This document shows positions 47,991-57,613 of a stretch of 64,000 nucleotides of DNA, piece by piece. Within the stretch, counting starts at the first letter, position 1, and every line of letters starts with the position of its first letter. The notes below the pieces were generated by a model. It made no database searches and was not told where the DNA came from. It saw only the letters and a list, made by a program, of their open reading frames with translations. Origin of the DNA: Nannocystis bainbridge (lineage in GTDB: Bacteria; Myxococcota_A; Polyangia; Nannocystales; Nannocystaceae); the NCBI RefSeq assembly GCF_028368995.1, contig NZ_JAQNDL010000001.1, forward strand, positions 480,001-544,000, given 5' to 3'. The position numbers were made by a program, and so were the translations under genes.

Positions 47991-49858
47991 AGCCGCTGCC
48001 CTTCGCCGCCGGCGCCGGCCTCGAGCGGCCGGGCGGCCCGCTGAAGATCGCCATGATCAGCGAGCACGCCTCGCCGCTGGCCCCGCTCGGCGGGCGCGAC
48101 AGCGGCGGGCAGAACGTCTACGTCGCCCAGGTCGCGCGCCACCTCGGCCGCCTCGGCCACCGCGTCGACGTGTTCACCCGCCGCGACAGCCCGACCTCGC
48201 CGGCGATCGTCGAGATGGCCGACGGCGTGCGCGTGATCCCGGTCGACGCCGGCCCGCCCGCGCCGCTGGCCAAGGAGACGCTGCTGCCGCTGATGCCGGC
48301 GTTCACCCGCGCGGTCGCGGCCTGGGCCCGGCGCGAGCGCTACGACCTCGCGCACGCCAACTTCTTCATGAGCGGCCTGGTCGCCGCCGAGCTCAAGCGC
48401 GAGCTCGGGGTCCCGTTCGCCGTCACCTTCCACGCGCTCGGCAAGGTCCGGCGCCAGCACCAGGGCCAGGCCGACGGGTTCCCCGACGAGCGCTTCGCCA
48501 TCGAGGAGCGGATCGTGCGCGAGGCCGACGTGATCGTCGCCGAGTGCCCGCAGGACGAGGTCGACCTGATGACGCTCTACGCGGCCGACCCCGAGAAGTT
48601 GGTCATGGTCCCGTGCGGCTTCGATCCGGGCGAGTTCTGGCCGGGCGGCCGCGCCGAGGCCCGCGCCGCGCTCGGCCTCGGCGCCGACGAGCGGGTCATC
48701 CTGCAGCTCGGGCGCATGGTCCCGCGCAAGGGCATCGACAACGTCGTGCGCGCGCTGGCGCGGCTGCCCGCCGACGCGCGCGCGCGGCTGGTCGTCGTCG
48801 GCGGCGAGTCGCGGCGCCCCGATCCTTCGCTCACCCCCGAGATCGGTCGCTTGCTGGCGGTCGCCCGCGAGGAGGGTGTTGCCGATCGCGTGACCTTCGT
48901 CGGCAGCCGCGGCCGCGGCGAGCTGCGCGACTACTACGTCGCCGCCGACGTGTTCGTCAGCACCCCCTGGTACGAGCCGTTCGGCATCACCCCGCTCGAG
49001 GCGATGGCCTGCGGCGTCCCGGTCATCGGCGCCAACGTCGGCGGCATCGCCCACACCGTCGCCCACGGCGAGACCGGCTACCTGGTCCCGCCCGACGACC
49101 CCGACGCGCTGGCCGACAAGCTCGCGCTCGTGCTTTCGCAGCCGCGCCTGGCCCGACGTCTGGCCCAGCTCGGGCTGCAGCGCGTGCACGCCCTCTTCAC
49201 CTGGGACAAGGTCGCGGCCCGCCTGGCGGGCGCCTTCGTCACCGCCGCCGGCCGCCGCCCCGTCGCCCCGCCGACCGCCGCCTTCGCCGCCGTCGACCGC
49301 GGCTTCGACGACCTGCTGGCCGTGCTCTCGCGCGCCCGCACCTGCCTACGCGACGACATCGTGCGCGCCGCCGACCTCGTCAGCGCCGCCTTCGCCCGCG
49401 GCGGCAAGGTGCTCGTCTGCGGCAACGGCGGCAGCGCCACCGACGCCCAGCACTTCGCCGCCGAATTGGTCGGCCGCTTCCTCGCCCCCGACCGCGCCGG
49501 CCTGCCGGTCATCGCCCTCAACGCCGACACCGCCGTGCTGACCGCCTGGGCCAACGACGTCGGCTACGCCGACGTGTTCGCCCGCCAGGTCCGCGCCTAC
49601 GGCCGCCCGGGCGACCTCGTGTTCGGCATCTCGACCAGCGGCCGCTCGGCCAACGTCGTCGCCGCCCTCAAGACCGCGCGCGACTGCGGCCTCCACACCT
49701 TCGCCCTGCTCGGCGGCACCGGCGGCGAAGCCGGCGACCTCGCCGACTGCGCCCTCGTCGTCCCCTCGCCCGACACTCAGCGCATTCAGGAGGTCCACAC
49801 ATTGGCCCTGCACCTGATCTGCGAATTGGTGGAGGCGCAGGTGGCCCCCTCGCCTTGA
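47987..49858 (+). CDS. GT4 (MshA-like) glycosyltransferase fused to GmhA-like phosphoheptose isomerase (SIS)
   Basis: ISEHASPL...DSGGQNVYV, HANFFMSG, EPFGITPLEAMACG; then CGNGGSATDAQHFAAELVGRF, ISTSGRS, RIQEVH. Confidence 0.92.
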   Translation: MKPLPFAAGAGLERPGGPLKIAMISEHASPLAPLGGRDSGGQNVYVAQVARHLGRLGHRVDVFTRRDSPTSPAIVEMADGVRVIPVDAGPPAPLAKETLLPLMPAFTRAVAAWARRERYDLAHANFFMSGLVAAELKRELGVPFAVTFHALGKVRRQHQGQADGFPDERFAIEERIVREADVIVAECPQDEVDLMTLYAADPEKLVMVPCGFDPGEFWPGGRAEARAALGLGADERVILQLGRMVPRKGIDNVVRALARLPADARARLVVVGGESRRPDPSLTPEIGRLLAVAREEGVADRVTFVGSRGRGELRDYYVAADVFVSTPWYEPFGITPLEAMACGVPVIGANVGGIAHTVAHGETGYLVPPDDPDALADKLALVLSQPRLARRLAQLGLQRVHALFTWDKVAARLAGAFVTAAGRRPVAPPTAAFAAVDRGFDDLLAVLSRARTCLRDDIVRAADLVSAAFARGGKVLVCGNGGSATDAQHFAAELVGRFLAPDRAGLPVIALNADTAVLTAWANDVGYADVFARQVRAYGRPGDLVFGISTSGRSANVVAALKTARDCGLHTFALLGGTGGEAGDLADCALVVPSPDTQRIQEVHTLALHLICELVEAQVAPSP

Positions 49859-49883
49859 AATGGCCCCATCCCACGGAGCAGCG

Positions 49884-50624
49884 ATGACCCTCGTGATCGA
49901 AACACCCCTCGCGGACCGCATCGTGCTGGTCACCGGCGGCGGCTCGGGCCTCGGCGCCGAGATCGCCCGCACCCTCGCCGCCGCCGGCGCGCACGTGATC
50001 GCGGCCGACATCCAGACCGCGCCGCTGGCCCGCCTCGTCGCCGAAGTCGATGACGCCGGCGGTAGCATCGAGGCCGCCCGGCTCGACGTGCGCGACGCCG
50101 ACGCCGGCCAGGCGCTGATCGACGACATCGTCGCGCGCCACGGCCGGCTCGACGTCCTCGTCAACAACGCCGGCACCGACACCACGCTGGCCGTCGACGA
50201 GCTCAGCGTCGCCGACATCGACCGCGTGCTCGCCGTCAACCTGCGCGGCCCGTTCGTCCTCAGCCGCGCCGCCTTCCCGCGCCTGCGCGCCCAGGGCGGC
50301 GGCTACATCGTCAACATCGTCTCGACCGCGGCCAAGCGGGCCTGGAAGAACGCCAGCGCCTACCACGCCAGCAAGTGGGGCCTCTTGGGCCTGAGCCACG
50401 CGCTGCACGTCGAAGGCCGCCCGTTCGGCATCAAGGTCACCGCCCTGCTGGCCGGCGGCATGCGCACCCCCTTCATCCTCGACCGCTTCCCCGACACCCC
50501 GATCGCCGACCTCCAGGACCCGCGCAACGTCGCCGAGACGGTCCGCTTCCTCATCGCCATGCCCGGCGAGTCGGTGGTGCCCGAGCTGATGGTCGTGCCC
50601 ATGCGCGAGACGAGCTGGCCATGA
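49884..50624 (+). CDS. Short-chain dehydrogenase/reductase
   Basis: VTGGGSGLG, LVNNAG, YHASK. Confidence 0.92.
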   Translation: MTLVIETPLADRIVLVTGGGSGLGAEIARTLAAAGAHVIAADIQTAPLARLVAEVDDAGGSIEAARLDVRDADAGQALIDDIVARHGRLDVLVNNAGTDTTLAVDELSVADIDRVLAVNLRGPFVLSRAAFPRLRAQGGGYIVNIVSTAAKRAWKNASAYHASKWGLLGLSHALHVEGRPFGIKVTALLAGGMRTPFILDRFPDTPIADLQDPRNVAETVRFLIAMPGESVVPELMVVPMRETSWP

Positions 50625-51202
50625 CCCGCCGCCGCCCCGCCGCCTTCCTCGACAAGGACGGCACCCTCATCGACGACGTGCCCTACAACGTCGACCCCGC
50701 GCGCGTCCGCCTGACCCGCGGCGCCCGCGACGGCGCCTGGTCGCTGCGCGCCGCCGGCTTCGCGCTCGTGGTCGTCACCAACCAGTCCGGCGTCGCCCGC
50801 GGCCTGTTCGGCCCGCACGACCTGCTCGGCGTCCAGGCCCGGATCGAGGACCTGCTCGACCTCGAGCTCGACGGCTTCTACTGGTGCCCGCACCTGCCCG
50901 CCGGCGTCGTCGCCGAGTACGCCGTCGCCTGCGACTGCCGCAAGCCCGCCCCTGGCCTGCTCATCCGCGCCGCCGCCGACCTCGGCCTCGACCTCGCCGG
51001 CTCGTGGATGATCGGCGACATCGCCAGCGACATCGAGGCCGGCCGGCGCGCCGGCTGCCGCACCGCCCTGCTCGCCGCCTCGCCGCCCACGACCCGCCCC
51101 GCGCCGACCCTCGTCGCCGCCGACCTCGTCGAGGCCGCGCGCCGGATCCTCGGCCACGCCGCCGCCAGCGAGCGCGACGAGCAGCCCGCGCCCCTCGCCT
51201 GA
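50621..51202 (+). CDS. gmhB: D,D-heptose 1,7-bisphosphate phosphatase (HAD IIIA)
   Basis: FLDKDGTL, VTNQSG, CPH, CDCRKPAPG, MIGD. Confidence 0.9.
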   Translation: MTRRRPAAFLDKDGTLIDDVPYNVDPARVRLTRGARDGAWSLRAAGFALVVVTNQSGVARGLFGPHDLLGVQARIEDLLDLELDGFYWCPHLPAGVVAEYAVACDCRKPAPGLLIRAAADLGLDLAGSWMIGDIASDIEAGRRAGCRTALLAASPPTTRPAPTLVAADLVEAARRILGHAAASERDEQPAPLA

Positions 51203-51243
51203 GCGACCGCGATGCCCCGCCCCTGCCCGAGACCGCCGGTCTG

Positions 51244-51315
51244 TTGGGACATGTCCGCTGCGACATGTCAAAACATACCTATCCGTTCGGACATATCCTA
51301 TTCGACATGTCCCAA
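51244..51315. repeat. Five 14-bp-period copies of palindromic GACATGTC, bounded by 12-bp inverted repeats
   Basis: Cores at 51248 GACATGTC, 51262 GACATGTC, 51276 TACCTATC, 51290 GACATATC, 51304 GACATGTC. Ends are TTGGGACATGTC and GACATGTCCCAA. Confidence 0.85.
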
Positions 51316-51342
51316 AATACATCCACACCCAGAGCCGCCGCG

Positions 51343-52809
51343 ATGACCCATGTCCTGCTCCCCGTGCTCGACGCCTTCGCCGGCCTGCGGACCCTCGTGA
51401 TCGGCGAGGCCATGCTCGACGCCTACCTCGACGGTCACAGCGAGCGGCTGTGTCGCGAGGCCCCGGTGCCCGTCGTCGACGTCGACGCGCGCCGGGACGT
51501 CCCCGGCGGCGGCGCCAACACGGCCGTCAACGCCGCCGCGCTCGGCGCCCGCGTCACCTTCCTCTCGGTCGTCGGCGCCGACGACGACGCCGACCGCCTG
51601 GCCCGCTCGCTGGTCGCCCTCGGCGTGTGCGACCGCGGCCTCGTGCGCGCCGAGGGGCGCCGCACCCTCGTCAAGCAGCGGATCCTCGCCGGCGGCCAGA
51701 TCCTCCTGCGCCTCGACGCCGGCAGCCGCGACGGCCTCGACCCCGCCTGCGAGGCCCGCCTGCGCGAGCGCCTGCGAGCCGCCTGGCGCGAGGCCGACGC
51801 CGTCATCGTCTCCGACTACGGCTACGGCGTGCTCACCGACGGCCTCATCGACGAGCTCGCCGCCCTGCAGGCCGCCCACGCGCGCGTGCTGGTGGCCGAC
51901 GCCAAGGACCTGCGCCGGCTCGCGCGCGCCCGGCCGACCGCCGTCAAGCCCAACTACGCCGAGGCCGCGCGCCTGCTCGGCCTCAGCAACGGCCACGGCG
52001 ACGGCCGCGTCGAGCAGATCGCCGCCCACGAGGCCGAGCTGCTGCAGACCACCGGCGCGCGGGTGGCCGCGGTCACGCTCGACAGCGCCGGCGCCCTGGT
52101 CTTCGAGACAGGTCAGCCCGCCTACCGCACCTACGCCAGCCCCTCCTCCGACGCCAACGCCACCGGCGCCGGCGACACCTTCGTCAGCGCCCTCGCCCTC
52201 GCCCTCGCCGCCGGCGCGCCGACCCACGCCTGCGCCGACCTGGCCTCGGGCGCGGCCGCCCGCGTCGTCGCCCGCGACGGCACCACCGCCTGCACCGCCG
52301 CCGAGCTGCGGGTCCACTTCGCCGCCCAGGACAAGCTGCTCGGCCCCGACGACCTCGCCCGCCTGGCCGACAGCCTGCACCGCGCCGGCAAGCGGCTGGT
52401 GTTCACCAACGGCTGCTTCGACATCCTCCACCGTGGCCACATCACCTGCCTCAGCCGCGCCAAGGCGCTGGGCGACGTCCTGATCGTCGGCCTCAACGCC
52501 GACGCCAGCGTGCGCCGGCTCAAGGGCGCCGCCCGCCCGATCAACTGCGCCGCCGATCGGGCCCAGGTGCTGGCCGCCCTGTCGTGCGTCGATCACATCG
52601 TCGAGTTCGCCGACGACACCCCCGCCCGCCTCATCGAGCTCGCGCGGCCCGACATCTACGTCAAGGGCGGCGACTACCGCCTCGACACCCTGCCCGAGGC
52701 CCCGCTCGTGGCCCGCCTCGGCGGCGAGGTGCGGCTCATGCCCTACCTCGAACATTTCAGCACCACCGGCCTGCTGGCGCGCATCGGCGCCGGTCGGGGC
52801 GACGCATGA
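51343..52809 (+). CDS. hldE: Bifunctional heptose-7-phosphate kinase / heptose-1-phosphate nucleotidyltransferase
   Basis: REAPVPVV, PGGGANTA, SDYGYG, TGAGDT; VFTNGCFDILHRGH, VGLNADASV, KGGDY, STT. Confidence 0.93.
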   Translation: MTHVLLPVLDAFAGLRTLVIGEAMLDAYLDGHSERLCREAPVPVVDVDARRDVPGGGANTAVNAAALGARVTFLSVVGADDDADRLARSLVALGVCDRGLVRAEGRRTLVKQRILAGGQILLRLDAGSRDGLDPACEARLRERLRAAWREADAVIVSDYGYGVLTDGLIDELAALQAAHARVLVADAKDLRRLARARPTAVKPNYAEAARLLGLSNGHGDGRVEQIAAHEAELLQTTGARVAAVTLDSAGALVFETGQPAYRTYASPSSDANATGAGDTFVSALALALAAGAPTHACADLASGAAARVVARDGTTACTAAELRVHFAAQDKLLGPDDLARLADSLHRAGKRLVFTNGCFDILHRGHITCLSRAKALGDVLIVGLNADASVRRLKGAARPINCAADRAQVLAALSCVDHIVEFADDTPARLIELARPDIYVKGGDYRLDTLPEAPLVARLGGEVRLMPYLEHFSTTGLLARIGAGRGDA

Positions 52810-53909
52810 GCTGGGCCGCCGCCCGCCGCGTGCTCGCGGTCCGCCTCGACACTCTCGGCGACGTGCTCATGACCACCCCGGCCCTGCGCGCCGTCAAGGA
52901 GGGCCACCCGCGCCGCCACCTCACCCTGCTCACCTCGAGCGCCGGCGCTGTCGCCGGTCGCCTCGTGCCCGAGGTCGACGAAGTGTGGAGCTTCGACGCC
53001 GCGTGGCTCAAGGCCGGCCCCGCGCACGCCGACGCCGCCCGCGAGCGCGACCTCGTCGACCGCCTCCGCGCCGGCCGCTTCGACGCCGCGATCGTGTTCA
53101 CCGTCTACAGCCAGAGCCCGCTGCCCGCCGCGCTCCTGACCTACCTCGCCGGCATCCCGCGCCGCCTGGCCCACTGCCGCGAGAACCCCTACCGCCTGCT
53201 CACCGAGTGGGTCCCCGAGACCGAGCCCGAGCGCGGCGTGCGGCACGAGGTCACCCGCCAGCTCGACCTCGTCGCCGCCGTCGGCCTGCGCCCCTCGCAC
53301 GATCTCCTGTCTCTAAGGCCATGTCCCGAAGACCACCTCGCCGCCGCGGCCGAGCTGGCCCGCCTGGGCCTCGCGCGCCGCTGGGCCGTCGTGCACCCCG
53401 GCGCCACCGCCAGCTCCCGCCGCTACCCCGCCGCCGGCTTCGCCACCGTCGCTCGCGCCCTCGTGCGCGACCACGGCTTCGACCTCGTGTTCACCGGCAG
53501 CGCCGACGAGGCCGCCCTCGTCGAACAGATCCGCGACGCCGCCGACGTGCTCACCCACTCGCTCGTCGGTCGCCTGTCGCTCGGCGCCCTCGCAGCCGTG
53601 ATCGCCCGCGCCGGCCTGCTCATCAGCAACAACACCGGCCCCGCCCACGTCGCCGCCGCCGTGGGCACCCCCGTCGTCGACCTCTACGCCCTCACCAACC
53701 CGCAGCACACCCCCTGGGCCGTGCCCGCGCGGGTCCTCAGCCACCCGGTCCCGTGCGCCCCCTGCTACCGCTCGACCTGTCCCGAAGGCCATCACCTGTG
53801 CCTGCGCGGCGTCCCGCCGGCGGCCGTGGTCACCGCCGCGCTCGAGCTGCTGCGCCCCGAACCCCGCGAGGTCCTCCCCACTGCCGCCGTCCCCCTCGCC
53901 CCGCCGTGA
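52806..53909 (+). CDS. Glycosyltransferase family 9 (WaaF-like heptosyltransferase)
   Basis: VRLDTLGDVLMTTPA, FTVYSQSPLP, HPGATASSRRY, SNNTGPAHVAAAVGTP, CAPC. Confidence 0.93.
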   Translation: MSWAAARRVLAVRLDTLGDVLMTTPALRAVKEGHPRRHLTLLTSSAGAVAGRLVPEVDEVWSFDAAWLKAGPAHADAARERDLVDRLRAGRFDAAIVFTVYSQSPLPAALLTYLAGIPRRLAHCRENPYRLLTEWVPETEPERGVRHEVTRQLDLVAAVGLRPSHDLLSLRPCPEDHLAAAAELARLGLARRWAVVHPGATASSRRYPAAGFATVARALVRDHGFDLVFTGSADEAALVEQIRDAADVLTHSLVGRLSLGALAAVIARAGLLISNNTGPAHVAAAVGTPVVDLYALTNPQHTPWAVPARVLSHPVPCAPCYRSTCPEGHHLCLRGVPPAAVVTAALELLRPEPREVLPTAAVPLAPP

Positions 53910-53963
53910 CGCACATCCACGCAATGTCATGACCGTGACGCCCCTCCACGCAATGTCATGACC
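53904..53963 (+). repeat. Tandem 29-bp direct repeat (2 copies) between GT9 genes
   Basis: ccgtgacgcacatccacgcaatgtcatga / ccgtgacgcccctccacgcaatgtcatga (2 mismatches). Confidence 0.85.
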
Positions 53964-53979
53964 CCATCGAAGTACTGCC

Positions 53980-55161
53980 ATGCCCCCTCGCAATGACCCG
54001 CTCCCCGCCGCCCCGTTCGCCCTCGATCCTCGCCCGCGGCTCCGCCATGACGAATCGCGTCCGACCGCCCGTGGCCTGGCGGCCCTCGGCCTCGCGCGTG
54101 CGATCGAGTGGTCGAGCGTGCGCCGGATCCTCGTCGTCCGGCTCGACAACCTCGGCGACGTCATCCTCACCGGCCCGGCCCTGCGCGCCCTCAAGGACCA
54201 CCTCCCGCACGTCCACCTCACCTTGCTCGCCAGCCCTGGCGGCGCCCCGGCGGCCGCGCTGTTGCCGTGGGTCGACGACCTCGTGCCGTGCCGCGCCCTG
54301 TGGCAGGACCTGGGCCGCCTCGGCTTCGATCCCGCCCGCGAGCGCCAGCTCGTCGCCGGCCTGCGCCGCGGCGCCTACGACCTCGCGCTCGTGCTCACCA
54401 GCTTCAGCCAGACCCCGCACCCGGCCGCCCTCGCCTGCGCCCTGGCCGGCATCCCGGCGCGCATCGGCGCGTCGCGCGAGCGCGGGCGGGCCCTCACCGT
54501 CGCCCTGCCGCACCTCGATGACGACCTCCACCAGTGCGAGCGCAACCTCCAGCTCGTCGAGCGCCTCGGCGTGCCGGTCGCCGATCGGCGGCTCGAGATC
54601 CGGCTCCCACGCGCCGCCTGGAGCGCCGCCGGGGCCCGCCTCGCCGCCCACGGCGTCAGCGGCGACTACCTGGTGTGGAACCCCTTCGCCAGCTGCGACG
54701 CGCGCACCTACGACCCGCTGCGCCACGCCCTCGCCGCCCGCGCCCTGGCCGAGTACGCCGACCTGCGCGTGGTCGTCTGCGGGTCCGCCCGCGACCGCGA
54801 CCGCGCCCGCGAGCTCGCCCCGCTGCTCGGCCCGCGCGGCCTCGACCTGGTCGGAGAGACAGATCTGCTCGAGTTCGCCGCCCTGCTCGCCGGCGCCCGC
54901 CTCGTGCTCACCAACAACACCGCCGCCCTGCACCTCGCCGACGCGCTCGCCGTGCCCCAGCTCGTCACCTACGCCGGCACCGACCGCGACAGCCAGTGGC
55001 GGCCGCGCGCCTCGCCGCACCGCCTGCTGCGCCGCGCCACCGCCTGCGCCCCCTGCTACCGCTTCGCCTGCCCGACCGCCCACGAGTGCCTGGCCCTGGC
55101 CCCCGCCGAGGTGCTCGCCGCCGGCCTCTCGCTGCTCGCCGAGACCGCCCCGCGCGCGTGA
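53980..55161 (+). CDS. Glycosyltransferase family 9 (heptosyltransferase-like)
   Basis: VRLDNLGDVILTGPA, LTSFSQTP, TNNTAALHLADA, CAPCY. Confidence 0.92.
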   Translation: MPPRNDPLPAAPFALDPRPRLRHDESRPTARGLAALGLARAIEWSSVRRILVVRLDNLGDVILTGPALRALKDHLPHVHLTLLASPGGAPAAALLPWVDDLVPCRALWQDLGRLGFDPARERQLVAGLRRGAYDLALVLTSFSQTPHPAALACALAGIPARIGASRERGRALTVALPHLDDDLHQCERNLQLVERLGVPVADRRLEIRLPRAAWSAAGARLAAHGVSGDYLVWNPFASCDARTYDPLRHALAARALAEYADLRVVVCGSARDRDRARELAPLLGPRGLDLVGETDLLEFAALLAGARLVLTNNTAALHLADALAVPQLVTYAGTDRDSQWRPRASPHRLLRRATACAPCYRFACPTAHECLALAPAEVLAAGLSLLAETAPRA

Positions 55162-55533
55162 AGCCCGGGCCCGCCCCGCGCGTGAAGCCGAGCCCGCCGC
55201 GCGCGCCCGCGACGCTCAGGAGCGCGAATCGTGTGATCCCGGCGCACCGAGAATGTCGCACCGCCAATCACCGTAGCCCGCTCGCGTGATTCCCCCGAGT
55301 CTGCCGCAGCAGCCCGATCCATCGGCGCCGCGGCCGAGACCGTCCGCCCGCAGCCGATGCTTCGCGACACGCCGGCCGCGCGACGTGCGCGACTGCCAGC
55401 AGCGCCCCGATCGGCGCAAACGGGATCCTCGCCGGAGCGGCCCGCCGGCCCCGCTGCGCCGCCTCCACGGTGATTAGAGAGAACCGCGGCGCCGGCAACT
55501 GCCGACAAGCTGTCCCCGGGAGGGAACACTCGA

Positions 55534-55716
55534 ATGCATCACCAACGAGTCGAAGCCCACTCGGGCCAGGACGACGGCGTGTCCGTCGAACCGTGGAGCG
55601 ACCTGAACGACGACGATTTCTACCTCGCCGCCGAGGCCAGCATCGAGGCGCTGTACGAGGGCGAGGAGGAGGAGCTGTCCCCGGACGACATCGAAGAGCT
55701 GCCCGACGAGCCGTAG
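55534..55716 (+). CDS. Small acidic hypothetical protein (60 aa)
   Basis: GGAGGG RBS, high GC3, very Asp/Glu-rich, followed by a hairpin. Confidence 0.65.
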   Translation: MHHQRVEAHSGQDDGVSVEPWSDLNDDDFYLAAEASIEALYEGEEEELSPDDIEELPDEP

Positions 55717-55727
55717 GCCGCGCGCAC

Positions 55728-55753
55728 CGCCGCGCCCTCTCACGGGCGCGGCG
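55728..55753. terminator. Hairpin between convergent genes
   Basis: Perfect 10-bp stem CGCCGCGCCC/GGGCGCGGCG, 6-nt loop. Confidence 0.5.
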
Positions 55754-55774
55754 TCGATCCGGCCCGCGAACCAC

Positions 55775-57613
55775 TCACATCAGTTCGCAGGCCATCGGCG
55801 CCCGCTCGTCCGGCACCGCGAACAGCGGCCGCTCGCGCGGGTGCTGCGACGGCGCCAGCTCGTGTACTGCGCCGTCCTCGACGAACAGCACCCGGTCGAA
55901 CAGCGACAGCAAGCTCCAGCGATGGCAGGCCGCCAGCACCGTCGCCTCGGGCGAGGCCTCGAACAGGGCGGCCAGCACCGCCCGCTCGGTCGGTGGATCG
56001 AGCGCGGCCGTCGGCTCGTCGAGCAGCAGCAGCTCTCGCGCGTGCGCGCGCAGCAGCCCGCGGGCCAGCGCGATGCGCTGGCGCTCGCCGCCCGACAGGT
56101 TCAGCCCGCTCTGGGCCAGGTGCGTGTCCCAGCCCGCCTGCAGCTTGGCGATCACCGGCCCCAGGCGGGCCAGCCGGACCACCTGCGCCAGCGTCGCCTC
56201 GGCCACTTCCTCGCCGAGCGTCACGTTGTAGCGCAGCGTCTCCGAGAAGATCTGCGGCTCTTGCGGGATCAGCAGCGTGCGGCTCGCCAGCTCCTCGAAC
56301 GAGCCGCGGCGGCCGTCGAACGTCACCTCGCCGCCCCCCGGGCGCAGCATCCCGGCCAGCAGCTTCAGCAGCGTCGACTTGCCGCCGCCGCTGGTGCCCA
56401 CCACCGCGATCTTCTCGCCGCGGCGGATCGTCAACGCCCCGCAGCGCAGCGCCCGCTCGTCGCCCGCGTAGCTGAACTCCAGCCCCGCCAGCCGCAGCTC
56501 GCGCCAGCGCGGCGCCCCTCGCCGCGGCGGCGCCGCCTGCGGCGTCCCGTGCAGCAGCTCGCTGGCGTCCTCGTAGGCCGCGCAGGCCTCGACGATGTTG
56601 CCGTAATACGCCGAGAAGGAGCCGATCGCGCCGAAGATCTTGTCCAGGTAGCTGATGAGCACATAGACCTGGGCCACGTCGAGCGCGGTCGCGTGCAGCC
56701 CGGCGCCGTGGAAGTACCACAGCAGCGACGTCGCCATCACCAGCGCGTAGCCGCAGCTGACGGCCGCCCACTTGAGCTCGCTGAAGCGCGACACCCGGCG
56801 CACCAGCTCGCCGCCCTCGTCGCGCTGGCGCCCGAGGTCGGCGCAGGCCAGCGCCTCGAGGTTCATCGTCTTCACCGTGACGACGTTCGTCAGGTAATCG
56901 ACGCACACCCGCCCGACCTTGTTGTCGAATTGATGGACCAGGCGGATGTGCTCGACCATGCGACGGTTGAAGTACATCATCGCCGCGATCGTGACCGCGC
57001 CCATCACCACCACGTTGGCGGCCACCCGCACGTCGAGCGCCCACAGGGCCGCGCTGGCGAGCACCACCTTGACGGTGCCCTCGAGCACCTGCCACGAATA
57101 CTGGCCGACCAGGTTGCCGACCGCGAGCGCCGAGCGCTGCAGCTTGGCCATGTTCTCGCCGGTGTGCCGCTCGACGTGCCAGTGCAGGCCGTAGCCGAGC
57201 AGCGCCTGGAACACCCGCGTCATCGTCGCCATGCGCGCCTGATAGGCCACGCCGCTCTGCAGATAACGCCCGAGGTGGTGCAGCAGGATGTTGACGAACC
57301 GGAGCCCGAGGTAGGCGCCGATGCCCAGCAGCGCGCCGGCATAGGCGACCTCGCTGAAGCCGTGCTCGACGAACACCCCGACGGTGTAACCGATGGCCCA
57401 CGGCACCAGCAGCTCGGCCGCGCTGGCGACGATGAACAGGACGACGAACGCCCAGAACCGCGAGCGACTGGGCCCCAGAGCCGTCCACGCGGCCCGCAGC
57501 AGCGGCCCGGGCCCACGACCGGGCGGCAGCGGCCGCGCCGGCCGGGCGGCGTCACGGACCCCGTCACCCGCCCACGGCGAGAACAAACGAACGAACGCTT
57601 GCATGATCCCCAT
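55775..57613 (-). CDS. ABC exporter, fused permease/ATP-binding protein
   Basis: TMD followed by GTSGGGKST, IPQEPQIF, LSGGERQRIALARG, LLLDEPT. Confidence 0.93.
   Translation of the reverse strand: MGIMQAFVRLFSPWAGDGVRDAARPARPLPPGRGPGPLLRAAWTALGPSRSRFWAFVVLFIVASAAELLVPWAIGYTVGVFVEHGFSEVAYAGALLGIGAYLGLRFVNILLHHLGRYLQSGVAYQARMATMTRVFQALLGYGLHWHVERHTGENMAKLQRSALAVGNLVGQYSWQVLEGTVKVVLASAALWALDVRVAANVVVMGAVTIAAMMYFNRRMVEHIRLVHQFDNKVGRVCVDYLTNVVTVKTMNLEALACADLGRQRDEGGELVRRVSRFSELKWAAVSCGYALVMATSLLWYFHGAGLHATALDVAQVYVLISYLDKIFGAIGSFSAYYGNIVEACAAYEDASELLHGTPQAAPPRRGAPRWRELRLAGLEFSYAGDERALRCGALTIRRGEKIAVVGTSGGGKSTLLKLLAGMLRPGGGEVTFDGRRGSFEELASRTLLIPQEPQIFSETLRYNVTLGEEVAEATLAQVVRLARLGPVIAKLQAGWDTHLAQSGLNLSGGERQRIALARGLLRAHARELLLLDEPTAALDPPTERAVLAALFEASPEATVLAACHRWSLLSLFDRVLFVEDGAVHELAPSQHPRERPLFAVPDERAPMACELM

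Noticed and set aside
47945-53790. TGTCCCGAAG recurring three times in GT genes
   Set aside because: All three are in-frame Cys-Pro-Glu codons; no independent evidence for a DNA site.
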